Assembly: GCA_038200275.1 (NCBI GenBank)
Contig: JBBPYC010000025.1
Span: 10,759-74,758 of the forward strand
Source of the DNA: Burkholderiales bacterium
GTDB taxonomy: Bacteria > Pseudomonadota > Gammaproteobacteria > Burkholderiales > Burkholderiaceae_C
Direction: 5' to 3'
DNA: 64,000 bases
The notes under the pieces were generated by a model. It was given only the letters and a program-made list of their open reading frames with translations. It was not told the origin of the DNA and made no database searches. The position numbers were made by a program, and so were the translations under genes. Of the stretch, positions 38,296 to 46,965 are shown piece after piece; positions within the stretch are counted from its first letter, which is position 1; the number at the start of each line of letters is the position of its first letter.

Positions 38296-39492
38296 ATGAA
38301 ACGCCGTCTGCTCGTTCAATCGCTCGCTGCCGCGCCGCTGATGCACAGTGCAGGGCAACTTTGGGCTGCGCCCGCTGCGGGCTCCAAGCTGCTCTTCGTG
38401 TTCTTGCGCGGCGCCTATGACGCCTGCAACCTGCTGGTGCCGACCTCAAGCAGTTTTTATTACGAGTCGCGGCCCGACATTGCGATCGCCAAAGCAGGCA
38501 GCGATGCGGGCCGCGACGCTGCACTGGCCATCGACGCCGATTGGGGCCTGCACCCCGCGTTGCGCCAATCGATCCATCCCATGTTCCAGCGCGGCGAGGT
38601 GGCGTTCATCCCGTTCGCGGGCACCGATGACGCCTCGCGCAGCCATTTCGAAACACAGAACAGCATCGAACTCGGCCAGCCGCTGCAGGGCACGCGCGAC
38701 TTTCGCTCCGGCTTCATGAACCGGCTGGCTGGGGTGGTGGGGGGTGCGCGGCCGATGGCGTTCACCGCGCAACTGCCGCTGGCTCTGCAGGGCGAGGTGC
38801 AGGTGGCCAATACCGCGCTGAACCGGCTGGCCACCAGGGCCGCGCTCGACCCGCGCCAGAGCAGCATCATCGCGTCGATGTATCAGGGCACCGCGTTGGG
38901 CAGCCGAGTCGATGATGGTTTCCGCGTGCAGCACGAAGTGCTGCGCGAGACCGCGAAAGAAATGGACGCCGCCAGCCGCGACGCGATCTCTGCCAAGGGT
39001 TTCGGGGGCCAAGCGCGCCGCATCGCGCGGCTCATGAAAGACGACCAATACAACCTCGGCTTCGTCGACATCGGCGGCTGGGACACGCATGTGAACCAGG
39101 GCGGCGCGCAGGGCTATCTGGCGAATCGGCTGGATGAACTGGGCCAGGGTTTGGCGGCTTATGCGCAGGAAATGGGCGCTGCCTGGAAGCAGACCACGGT
39201 GGTCGTGATCAGCGAATTCGGCCGCACGTTCCGCCAAAACGGCAACCGGGGCACCGACCACGGCCACGGCACCGTCTACTGGGTGCTTGGCGGCGGTGTG
39301 AAGGGGGGTCGAGTGGCCGGCGAGCAGGTGCGGGTGGAATCGGCCACGCTGTTTCAGGACCGCGATTTTCCAGTGAAGAATGAATACCGCGCGGTGCTTG
39401 GCGGATTGTTCGCGCGCCAGTTCGGCTTGCGGCCCGCGCACCTCGACAAGGTGTTTGCGGGCGTGGCGCCGCGCGACTTGAAGCTGGTGTGA
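38296..39492 (+). CDS. DUF1501 domain-containing protein (sulfatase/phosphatase-like fold)
   Basis: ORF 38251..39492 trimmed to ATG 38296 (MKRRLLVQSLAAAPLM, Tat-like). The strings GGWDTH and EFGRT...GTDHG are typical of DUF1501. Confidence 0.8.
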   Translation: MKRRLLVQSLAAAPLMHSAGQLWAAPAAGSKLLFVFLRGAYDACNLLVPTSSSFYYESRPDIAIAKAGSDAGRDAALAIDADWGLHPALRQSIHPMFQRGEVAFIPFAGTDDASRSHFETQNSIELGQPLQGTRDFRSGFMNRLAGVVGGARPMAFTAQLPLALQGEVQVANTALNRLATRAALDPRQSSIIASMYQGTALGSRVDDGFRVQHEVLRETAKEMDAASRDAISAKGFGGQARRIARLMKDDQYNLGFVDIGGWDTHVNQGGAQGYLANRLDELGQGLAAYAQEMGAAWKQTTVVVISEFGRTFRQNGNRGTDHGHGTVYWVLGGGVKGGRVAGEQVRVESATLFQDRDFPVKNEYRAVLGGLFARQFGLRPAHLDKVFAGVAPRDLKLV

Positions 39493-39562
39493 ATCCCGTG
39501 GTTCATTCGCGCTCGATGCCTGCGCGTGCGTTTTGCTGCGCCCGATCGAACGGAGGTGCAAG

Positions 39563-40072
39563 GTGAACCGCAAAGTAGCCCCAGCGACGGTGCAAGTCTG
39601 CCCGTGCGGTCGGCTTGGCGCACGCAGTCAACCGCTCGGCTTCGCTGTGTGCTGTGGGCGTTTCCTGGACCACTTCGACACCACGCCTGCACCCGATCCC
39701 GAATCGCTGATGCGCTCGCGCTACAGCGCGTTCGTGCTGGAACGCGCCGACTATCTGCGCGCCACCTGGCACCTGAGCACGCGGCCGGCCGATGATTTGC
39801 GCTTCGACCCCGGCACGCGCTGGCTCGGGCTCGACGTGCGGTCGCACCGCGTCACTGGCAGCGACCGTGCCGAGGTCGAATTCATTGCGCGCTATCGCGC
39901 CGCAGGCCGTGCGGTGCGGATCGCCGAACGCAGCCGGTTCGTGCGGGAAGACGCGCGGTGGTTCTACGTCGACGGCGATGATTTGTCTATGGCGGCGGCC
40001 GGCGCCGTGTCTACAGCGTCGTCCTCGACGTCCACCGACCCTAACGCGGCCGCCGCCAACCGGCGTGCGTGA
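39563..40072 (+). CDS. YchJ family (SEC-C motif, UPF0225) protein
   Basis: ORF 39533..40072. The GTG at 39563 is preceded by GGAGG (39552-39556). The protein contains CPCG...CCG followed by LMRSRYSAF. Confidence 0.8.
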   Translation: MNRKVAPATVQVCPCGRLGARSQPLGFAVCCGRFLDHFDTTPAPDPESLMRSRYSAFVLERADYLRATWHLSTRPADDLRFDPGTRWLGLDVRSHRVTGSDRAEVEFIARYRAAGRAVRIAERSRFVREDARWFYVDGDDLSMAAAGAVSTASSSTSTDPNAAAANRRA

Positions 40073-40617
40073 TCGCGCAGGTCGGCGGGCCACGGCTCGG
40101 TACGCGCCGCAAACGTCGCCCCGTCGCCCGCATACAGCGCGCGGGCGGCCTCCTCATAGCCCGGTGCATCACCGAGCATCGTCAGCATGAAGCGGTCCGC
40201 GGCCATCTGCGCCTGCCGCGCCGCATCGCGCCCGCGATTGGCGATGCGCGCTGCGTCCACCAGCTTGCGCAGCGTGACCGAGGCGCCGCCCGGTTGGCTG
40301 GCAAGCCATTCCCAATGTCGCGGCAGCAACGTGACTTCCCGCCCGACCACGCCGAGCTTGGGCCGCCCGGCTGCGCGCGGTGCGGCGGGGTCATCGTTTG
40401 GCCCAGAAGTGGCTGTCGGTGTGGGTAGGAAGCGCGCCGCCACGTCTGCCTCGCTGCCGCGCAGATCGAACTCGACCATGCGGCCGGTGGCGTCATCGAA
40501 CGTAAGCACGGTGGCGCCCGGGTCGGCCTCAAGCGTGCGTTTGACGACCCGCGCGACTTCGGCAGGTGCGCCCGATGCAAGGAAGCGGTGGTGGGTAAAG
40601 GCAGTGCAAGTGGTCAT
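39964..40617 (-). CDS. DUF2239 family protein (tentative)
   Basis: 217-aa ORF. The family call is from memory only. Its 3' end overlaps the 3' end of the convergent ychJ-like gene by 109 nt. Confidence 0.5.
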   Translation of the reverse strand: MTTCTAFTHHRFLASGAPAEVARVVKRTLEADPGATVLTFDDATGRMVEFDLRGSEADVAARFLPTPTATSGPNDDPAAPRAAGRPKLGVVGREVTLLPRHWEWLASQPGGASVTLRKLVDAARIANRGRDAARQAQMAADRFMLTMLGDAPGYEEAARALYAGDGATFAARTEPWPADLRDHARRLAAAALGSVDVEDDAVDTAPAAAIDKSSPST

Positions 40618-40827
40618 GGCAGCGAGAGCAAATAGTCGAGCTGTATATATTAGCCGGATAAAATACTATCCATAATTTACCAGGGTGAAACAAGTGCGGC
40701 CTTACGAGAGACACGCGACCCGTTCAAACCGCGTTGCATGGGACTAGGAACGATGGCTTGCTCCCCTGTCACGCTGGATTCTTCCAATCAAAAACCCAGT
40801 ATCCGCACGTGCTCAAATGCTGTCTAG

Positions 40828-40867
40828 CTATGAAAATAGTAGTAACCCAGCATTTCGATTTCTCTTG
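40828..40867 (+). repeat. AT-rich intergenic element, copy 2 (shorter)
   Basis: CTATGAAAATAGTAG (40828-40842) and CGATTTCTCTTG (40856-40867). The order matches copy 1 at 30623-30681, but the spacer is about 19 nt shorter. Confidence 0.5.
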
Positions 40868-40891
40868 GGCTGCATCCCGCCCGCCAGCTTT

Positions 40892-41587
40892 ATGACCGCC
40901 ATACCCACCCTCCCTTTCCAAGCCGTGCTGTTCGACTGCGACGGCGTGCTCGTCGACAGTGAAACCATCACGAACAGCGTGTTGCGTGACATGCTCGAAG
41001 AGCTCGGCTGGTCGATGACGCTGCCCGAGAGCATGGTGCGATTCGTCGGCAAGGCGGTGCGGGACCAGAGCGCGTTGATTGAAGCGCACACGGGCAAGCC
41101 GTTTTCCGAAAGTTGGCTGGCTGCGTTCTGGCAACGGCGCAACGCCGCGCTGGAGACCTCCCTGCTGATCATCCCCGGCGCACTGGAGGCGGTGGCCGAA
41201 TTGCACGATCGGCTCGATGGGCGCATCGCGTGTGCATCCGGCGCAGACCGCGGCAAGGTCGAATTGCAACTGCGCAAAGTGGGCCTGCTGCGCTACTTTG
41301 AAGCGCGCATCTTCAGCGGCCACGAGACACCGCGCAACAAGCCGCACCCGGACGTGTACCTGGCCGCTGCGGCAGCACTCGGCATCGATCCGGCGCACTG
41401 CGCCGTGGTGGAGGACACGGCAACTGGTGCCGCCGCCGGGCTGGCCGCCGGCGCGACGGTGTTCGGCTACTGCCCCGGCGGCTTGGGTCACGACAGCGCC
41501 GCCGCGTTGCGTGCAGCCGGCGTGCAACACCTGTTGGGTGACATGCAGGCGTTGCCGAGCCGGCTGGCAGGCATAACCATTGGTTGA
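40892..41587 (+). CDS. HAD-superfamily hydrolase (beta-phosphoglucomutase-like subfamily IA)
   Basis: ORF 40817..41587 trimmed to ATG 40892. Contains the DxD motif FDCDGVLVDSE and the later VEDTATG. Confidence 0.85.
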   Translation: MTAIPTLPFQAVLFDCDGVLVDSETITNSVLRDMLEELGWSMTLPESMVRFVGKAVRDQSALIEAHTGKPFSESWLAAFWQRRNAALETSLLIIPGALEAVAELHDRLDGRIACASGADRGKVELQLRKVGLLRYFEARIFSGHETPRNKPHPDVYLAAAAALGIDPAHCAVVEDTATGAAAGLAAGATVFGYCPGGLGHDSAAALRAAGVQHLLGDMQALPSRLAGITIG

Positions 41588-41784
41588 GTTGCGAGACGCT
41601 GCGCTGTGCCGGACACTGGATCGACAGGCACCGTTCGGCATCGTGCGGCCAGCCTGTTGCATCCCGAGAGCACGCCGATCGCAATCCCGCAAGGCCTGCC
41701 TCGCGCCGCTGCGAGCAGATGAGGTTGCACTTGTGTGATCGGTCAGGCTTGAACAGCCGCCAATTGGGCATCAACGACCACGCC

Positions 41785-42975
41785 TCAGTCACCAGTTGTT
41801 ATCGGAACCCGCGCCGCGAACCGCCGCTGCAACGCGATCGATGCGCCAAGCAGCGCAACCGCCAGCACCAGCGCCAGCGCCACCGTCGCCTCATGCCCCC
41901 ACCAGCCGATCGACAGCGCAAACGCGATCGGCGCTGCGGCCGACAGCATGAAAGCCGGCTTCAAAATCCCTCCGACGATGCGACCGTAGCTGCCAGCATC
42001 GAACAGCAGCAACGGCATCGCGCCGCGCGTGACGGTCGCAATCCCGTTGCCGGTGCCGTAGAAGAACGCGAACACCCCCGCGCCGATCAGCGTGCTGCCA
42101 GCCAGCAAATAAAGCACGAAGCAGCCGCACAACAGCGACGCCGGCACCAGGTTCAACTTCACTACGTCGATGCGCCAGCCCCAGGCCACCACCCAGGCGC
42201 GGCCTGAGAACTGACCCACGCCGAACACAGAAGCCAGTGCGACGGCTGTGGCTGCGTCCCAATCGGCGCCGCGCAGCAATTCGATGAAGTGCGCCGCCAG
42301 CCCGATCTGCATGAACATCACGGCCGCTGCAATGAAGCCGAACAGCCACTTGTCGGCATCCCAATGGATCGATGCGGTGTCGGCAACCTGCCCTGCAAGT
42401 GGCCGCGGTGGCGTCTGCAACGGACCGTCCGCAACCCGCGCAGGAATTGCAAGATGCAACGCCGACGTGAGCAACAGCAGCGCCGCATACACCCACAACG
42501 CGCCGCGCCAGCCGATGTGCTGCATCAGAAACTGGCCAAGCGGCCAGAACGCAGTCGACGCGAAGCCGCCAAACAACGTGAGCTGCGACATCGCGCGCTT
42601 GGACGATGCGCCGCCCAAATGCGCCAGCGTCGCAAACGCCGCGTCGTACAACGCGAGCCGCATGCCGCAACCCAGCAGCAGCCAGCCCAAAAAATATTGC
42701 ACCACGCCGTGTGTTGTCGCCAGCACCGCGCAGCCCGCCGCGCCGCACCAGCAGCCCGCCATCATCGCGCGGCGCCCGCCGTGCCGATTGATCCAGCCGC
42801 CGACGATGCCTGAAGTCAACCCCATCACCACCAGCGCGAGCGAAAACCCACCCTGCACGAAAGCCGACCGCCAGCCGAACTCTGCGCCGATCGCCTGCCC
42901 GAACACCCCGATCAGGTAGTGCATCGCGCCCCAGCCGACGAGCTGCGAAATGCCCAGACAGACGATCAGCCGCAC
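41785..42975 (-). CDS. MFS transporter
   Basis: 396-aa polytopic ORF with about 12 TM segments. Confidence 0.8.
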   Translation of the reverse strand: MRLIVCLGISQLVGWGAMHYLIGVFGQAIGAEFGWRSAFVQGGFSLALVVMGLTSGIVGGWINRHGGRRAMMAGCWCGAAGCAVLATTHGVVQYFLGWLLLGCGMRLALYDAAFATLAHLGGASSKRAMSQLTLFGGFASTAFWPLGQFLMQHIGWRGALWVYAALLLLTSALHLAIPARVADGPLQTPPRPLAGQVADTASIHWDADKWLFGFIAAAVMFMQIGLAAHFIELLRGADWDAATAVALASVFGVGQFSGRAWVVAWGWRIDVVKLNLVPASLLCGCFVLYLLAGSTLIGAGVFAFFYGTGNGIATVTRGAMPLLLFDAGSYGRIVGGILKPAFMLSAAAPIAFALSIGWWGHEATVALALVLAVALLGASIALQRRFAARVPITTGD

Positions 42976-43050
42976 ACCGATTGTCGGGGGTGCAGGCGCG
43001 TTGGGCGGGGCGGCGGATGCGGAGGCGGAGGACGACAGCGGCGCGGCTTT

Positions 43051-43332
43051 CTAGCTGTCGATGGATGTGAGCCGCACGGGTGCGTCGAGTTCCTCCGGCA
43101 CCTCGTCATGAACGTCCGCGCCCGGGTCCGAGATCGGCCGCAGCTTGCTTGCGTGGCAGTAAAACGTCCAGCCTTCGAACGCGACGTCGTGGTAGGTGCC
43201 GGGCAGATAGCGCCAGTCCGGGGCCTCGTAAGCGGCCGAGACGACCTCGACGATGCGGCCGATCGCATCCTTCGCAGGCGCTTCGGCCAAGCAAGTCGAG
43301 TCGACGTAGCACAGGGTTCCGATGCGGATCAT
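43051..43332 (-). CDS. hypothetical protein (93 aa)
   Basis: ORF with genome-typical GC and an acidic C-terminus. Its ATG (43330-43332) overlaps the TGA (43329-43331) of the upstream 88-codon ORF. No family was recognised. Confidence 0.5.
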   Translation of the reverse strand: MIRIGTLCYVDSTCLAEAPAKDAIGRIVEVVSAAYEAPDWRYLPGTYHDVAFEGWTFYCHASKLRPISDPGADVHDEVPEELDAPVRLTSIDS

Positions 43333-43595
43333 GGGTGTTCTCTACAGTTGTCTACAACGGCCCAATGGCAGCTGTTTGATCGATTCTGGCGTGTGAGTTG
43401 CTGAGATGACAGCTGAGGGATTGAGCACTTTCGCTGCGGGAAGCAATCAGCGATCAACTGCGGTATGGTTTCGAAGCGCAACGACCACTGCCTGTTGTTT
43501 GAATCCAGCACATAAGAAATCAGTTTGGCACTGTGAGGTGACAAGCGCAAAGCCGTCTGCCTACCCTTGCTTCGATAACTGTTGCCCCAATTCAC
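43329..43595 (-). CDS. hypothetical small protein (88 aa), existence uncertain
   Basis: The only long open frame across the roughly 50% GC spacer. Its GTG start (43593-43595) overlaps the TGA of the 241-aa gene, and its stop overlaps the ATG of the 93-aa gene. The product is S/Q/R/N-rich with no recognisable domain. Confidence 0.3.
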   Translation of the reverse strand: MNWGNSYRSKGRQTALRLSPHSAKLISYVLDSNNRQWSLRFETIPQLIADCFPQRKCSIPQLSSQQLTRQNRSNSCHWAVVDNCREHP

Positions 43596-44317
43596 CGATG
43601 CTTGCCCGCACTGCGAAGCGCCGCACTTGCCTGTTGAATCACAGCGACTTCGTTGCAGGGGACTGACGCGAAATGCATTGTTCCGTCGGCTTCAAGGGCT
43701 ATTTGCTGGAGTTCAATGTTCGTATCGGACGCGACTCCAATCCACCACTGGGCACCACCATATACAACGCCGTAGCACCGTCTGCCGCCAAACTTGTTGG
43801 CTGTGAACTGCGACACCATCGAGATGGTTCGACCAGTCTCATGGTGGACTACAGCACACCCAAAAATCGGATAACGTTCTGCTGTGCCAGCGTCTTGATG
43901 CATCAACATCTTACGTAGGCGCTCTTCGTGCGGACCAAGCGAAACTTCAGCAAACATGGGCAGCGAACTGACGCTCGCTCGAAAAAGCACGCTGAGATGA
44001 AACAGCTTGAATGATGCGTAGTCAACCTTGATCGTCTCCATTCGCCCTGGTCGCCACAGGTATGGAAGAGGCCGGTTCTTTATCCAGGCTAGGTAGAAAG
44101 GTTTTTCGAAGCATTCATTGAAATGCTGCTCACAATCCTCACAGAAGAGATGCTCTCGAGCGCCGATTTGCAAGGAACGCCAGCCTCGCGAGCCCTGACC
44201 GTTGATTCCCATCATCTGCCGCTTTGCGTTGTATAGCTCGGCGTAGAGAAACTCTGGAACGACGTGCGAATTTCTTAGTTCGCCGTCTCGCTGGCATAGC
44301 TGACATTTCTTCAGCAT
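43592..44317 (-). CDS. hypothetical protein with N-terminal Cys4 / HNH-like (His-Me finger-like) motif and unknown C-terminal domain
   Basis: 241-aa ORF in a low-GC segment. The N-terminus reads MLKKCQLCQRDGELRNSHVVPEF...(40 aa)...FCEDCEQHFNE. GGGG lies 4-8 nt upstream of the ATG. Confidence 0.65.
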   Translation of the reverse strand: MLKKCQLCQRDGELRNSHVVPEFLYAELYNAKRQMMGINGQGSRGWRSLQIGAREHLFCEDCEQHFNECFEKPFYLAWIKNRPLPYLWRPGRMETIKVDYASFKLFHLSVLFRASVSSLPMFAEVSLGPHEERLRKMLMHQDAGTAERYPIFGCAVVHHETGRTISMVSQFTANKFGGRRCYGVVYGGAQWWIGVASDTNIELQQIALEADGTMHFASVPCNEVAVIQQASAALRSAGKHR

Positions 44318-44444
44318 AAAACCCCACTATCCAAGCTCTGTTGCTGGCGCGACCGATTGATTGCGATGGGAGCTTCAGAGTCACTCTCTACAAGCGATGT
44401 TGTAAGCCTTTCCCTGTCGGTCATATCCACAGCGCTGCACCTGT

Positions 44445-46280
44445 CTACCGCCCCACCGCGTACCCCTGCATCCCCCGCGGATTGGCTGCGGCCCGCAACA
44501 CCAGCCGTCCCTGCGCATCGCGCTCGCGGCTGCATGCCGACATCCGGCTCTCGGACCAAGCGTCACCGACCTTCACTTGGTGGCCGGCGCCCCGCAACTG
44601 CTGGATCACGTTGTCAGAAAACCGCGACTCCACCGTCAACTGATTCAACGTGGTCGCGCGCGGCCAGAACGATGAGGGGAAATGGTCGACGTGCCAAGCC
44701 GGTGCATCGATCGCTTGCTGCAGGTTCATGCCGTGCACGACATGCCGTATGAAAAACGCAAGCGACCATTGGTCTTGCTGATCACCACCCGGTGTGCCGA
44801 ACGCAAGATACGGCTCGCCATCGCGCAGCGCAAACGAGGGCGACAACGTCGTGCAGGGCGGCACGCCGGGGCTCAAGCTGTTTGGTGATTGGTCGTCCAG
44901 CCAAGTCATCTGCAGTCGGGTGTTGATCGAGAAACCCAGAGCCGGAATCACCGGGCTCGACGACAGCCAGCCACCCGACGGCGTGGCCGACACCATGTTG
45001 CCGTGCTGGTCGATCACGTCGATATGGCAGGTGTCGCCGACGAAGATTTCGCGCGCAGCCCATTCGGACACGGCGGGCAAGGTGGCGAACGTCGGCTCGC
45101 CGACGCCGAATCGCGTGTCTGCACTCAGCAAGGTGCGGCGCGCGACATCGAGGTCGGGCAGATGCGGCAGTTGCCCGAGCGGCGTGCCGGGCAGAAGCTG
45201 GGTGGCCGCACGGTCGGATACCTGTTGCCAGCGTTGGCTTAAATAATCGTCCGACAACAACGCGTGCTGCGTGGCGGGCACGGCAGCCGGTGCGGTGCCG
45301 TACCACGCAAGCCGATCGGCCAGCGCCAGCTTTGCGGCTTCTGCGATTTTGTGAACGAAGCCGGCCGTATGCGGCGCGTGCTGTTCCAGCGTCGCGCTGC
45401 GCAGCATGCCGAGTTGCTGCAACAACGACGGCCCCTGGCTCCAGAAGCCGCATTTGGCGACTGTATAGCGGCCGAAATCAAGCGTCAGCGGTGCTTCTAT
45501 GGTGGGCGTCCACTGCGCGAGATCGTCGTAGCGCAACAGCCCTTTGTTGGGCTGACCGGTGGTGTCGATGACGGCGGTGGTGCGGTAGTAATGGTCGATC
45601 TCGGTGGCTACGAAGCCCTGATACCAGCAGCGCAGTGCGGCGTCGATGACCGATACGCGGCTGCTGCTTTCGCGGTTCGCTTCCACCAACAGTCGCTCCC
45701 ATGTATCGGCCAGCTTGGGCAGACGAAACAATGCGCCGGGTTTGGGCGGGTGGCCACCGGGCAGCCACACCTCGGCCGACGAAGACCAGTGGGTACGAAA
45801 CAGATCCTGCACCGCATGAATGGCCTGCACCGCGCGGGGAATCAGCGGGAAGCCGTCGCGTGCGTAGCGGATGGCTGGCGCCAGCACGTCGTCGATCGAC
45901 CAGGTGCCATGGTCGCGCAGCAACGTGAGCCATGCACCGAACGCGCCCGGCACGGTGGCCGGCAACAGGCCGATGCCGGGGACTTGCTCCAGCCCCAGAC
46001 GCTGGAATGCCTGCACGGTCGCTTCCGCCGGTGCCACGCCTTGGCCACAGATGGAGGTAACGCGCCGCTCGCGTTCGTCCCAGAACAGAATCGGCGCTTC
46101 GCCGCCCGGGCCGTTCAGGTGCGGCTCGACCACCTGCAGCACGAAGCCACCAGCAACGGCCGCATCGAACGCGTTGCCACCACGTTCCAGCACGCCCATG
46201 GCGGTCTGCGACGCGAGCCAGTGGGTGGAGGCGGCCACGCCGAACGTGCCGACGATCTCGGGGCGGGTGGTGAAGGTCAT
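44445..46280 (-). CDS. gamma-glutamyltransferase family protein (no signal peptide)
   Basis: 611-aa ORF with GGT-family strings (AASTHWLASQ, GGNAFDAAVA, GDTCHIDVIDQHGNMVSATPSGG, which contains the nucleophile Thr context). Confidence 0.9.
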   Translation of the reverse strand: MTFTTRPEIVGTFGVAASTHWLASQTAMGVLERGGNAFDAAVAGGFVLQVVEPHLNGPGGEAPILFWDERERRVTSICGQGVAPAEATVQAFQRLGLEQVPGIGLLPATVPGAFGAWLTLLRDHGTWSIDDVLAPAIRYARDGFPLIPRAVQAIHAVQDLFRTHWSSSAEVWLPGGHPPKPGALFRLPKLADTWERLLVEANRESSSRVSVIDAALRCWYQGFVATEIDHYYRTTAVIDTTGQPNKGLLRYDDLAQWTPTIEAPLTLDFGRYTVAKCGFWSQGPSLLQQLGMLRSATLEQHAPHTAGFVHKIAEAAKLALADRLAWYGTAPAAVPATQHALLSDDYLSQRWQQVSDRAATQLLPGTPLGQLPHLPDLDVARRTLLSADTRFGVGEPTFATLPAVSEWAAREIFVGDTCHIDVIDQHGNMVSATPSGGWLSSSPVIPALGFSINTRLQMTWLDDQSPNSLSPGVPPCTTLSPSFALRDGEPYLAFGTPGGDQQDQWSLAFFIRHVVHGMNLQQAIDAPAWHVDHFPSSFWPRATTLNQLTVESRFSDNVIQQLRGAGHQVKVGDAWSESRMSACSRERDAQGRLVLRAAANPRGMQGYAVGR

Positions 46281-46346
46281 GGTGGAGGCTTCAAATGGCG
46301 GGTGACGGTATGGGCGACCACTGCGGCGCTCGTGTTCCAGCGGGAT

Positions 46347-46958
46347 TCAGGCACGGGCCGATCGGGCCTCATGCGCAATCGCAGGCAGCGCGATGGATGC
46401 AAGCAGGCGGATCAGCCAGACCTCTTGTGGCTCCCAACGATCGCGCTGGCTCAAGACATTGAAGGTTGCGAATGGCGCGCCGCTGCTGACGTCCAGCAGC
46501 GGCACATTGACGACCGCGCGCAGCCCCAGCGACGCAATGCGCGCGTGGTCATCGAATGCGTCGGCCAGTGCCCCTGCGCCTTCGCCGATGAAGACCTCGC
46601 CACGTTGGAAGAGCTGGTGGGTCCATGCAGTCCAGGTCTTTTGCTTGCGGGCGGCCACTGGGTAAGCGAGCGTGTCGGAACTCCAGAGGCGTCGCAACTC
46701 GACGGTCGTGGACCGATCCGATCGCCGATCCAATGACAACGACGGAAAAGTTGAAGCACGCGCTGCCAAGGGCGGTTCGTCGCAGCGCAGATTCACCGTC
46801 ATCAGCCCCGGCCCCAGCATGTTGCCGCGTACGGTCTCGATGGCATGCAGCGCCTCGTCCAGTGTCCGTGCCTGCGGCACGGTCTCGCACAAAGCAGCGC
46901 AGACCTCGAACGGCAGGCAGAGCGCAGCCGGCTCCTGGCTCGGCAGGCCAGCGTTCAC
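46347..46958 (-). CDS. GAF domain-containing protein (stand-alone)
   Basis: 203-aa ORF with GAF-like C-terminal strings (GLRAVVNVPLL...FATFNVLS). Tentative. Confidence 0.55.
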   Translation of the reverse strand: MNAGLPSQEPAALCLPFEVCAALCETVPQARTLDEALHAIETVRGNMLGPGLMTVNLRCDEPPLAARASTFPSLSLDRRSDRSTTVELRRLWSSDTLAYPVAARKQKTWTAWTHQLFQRGEVFIGEGAGALADAFDDHARIASLGLRAVVNVPLLDVSSGAPFATFNVLSQRDRWEPQEVWLIRLLASIALPAIAHEARSARA

Positions 46959-46965
46959 TTGTTGC

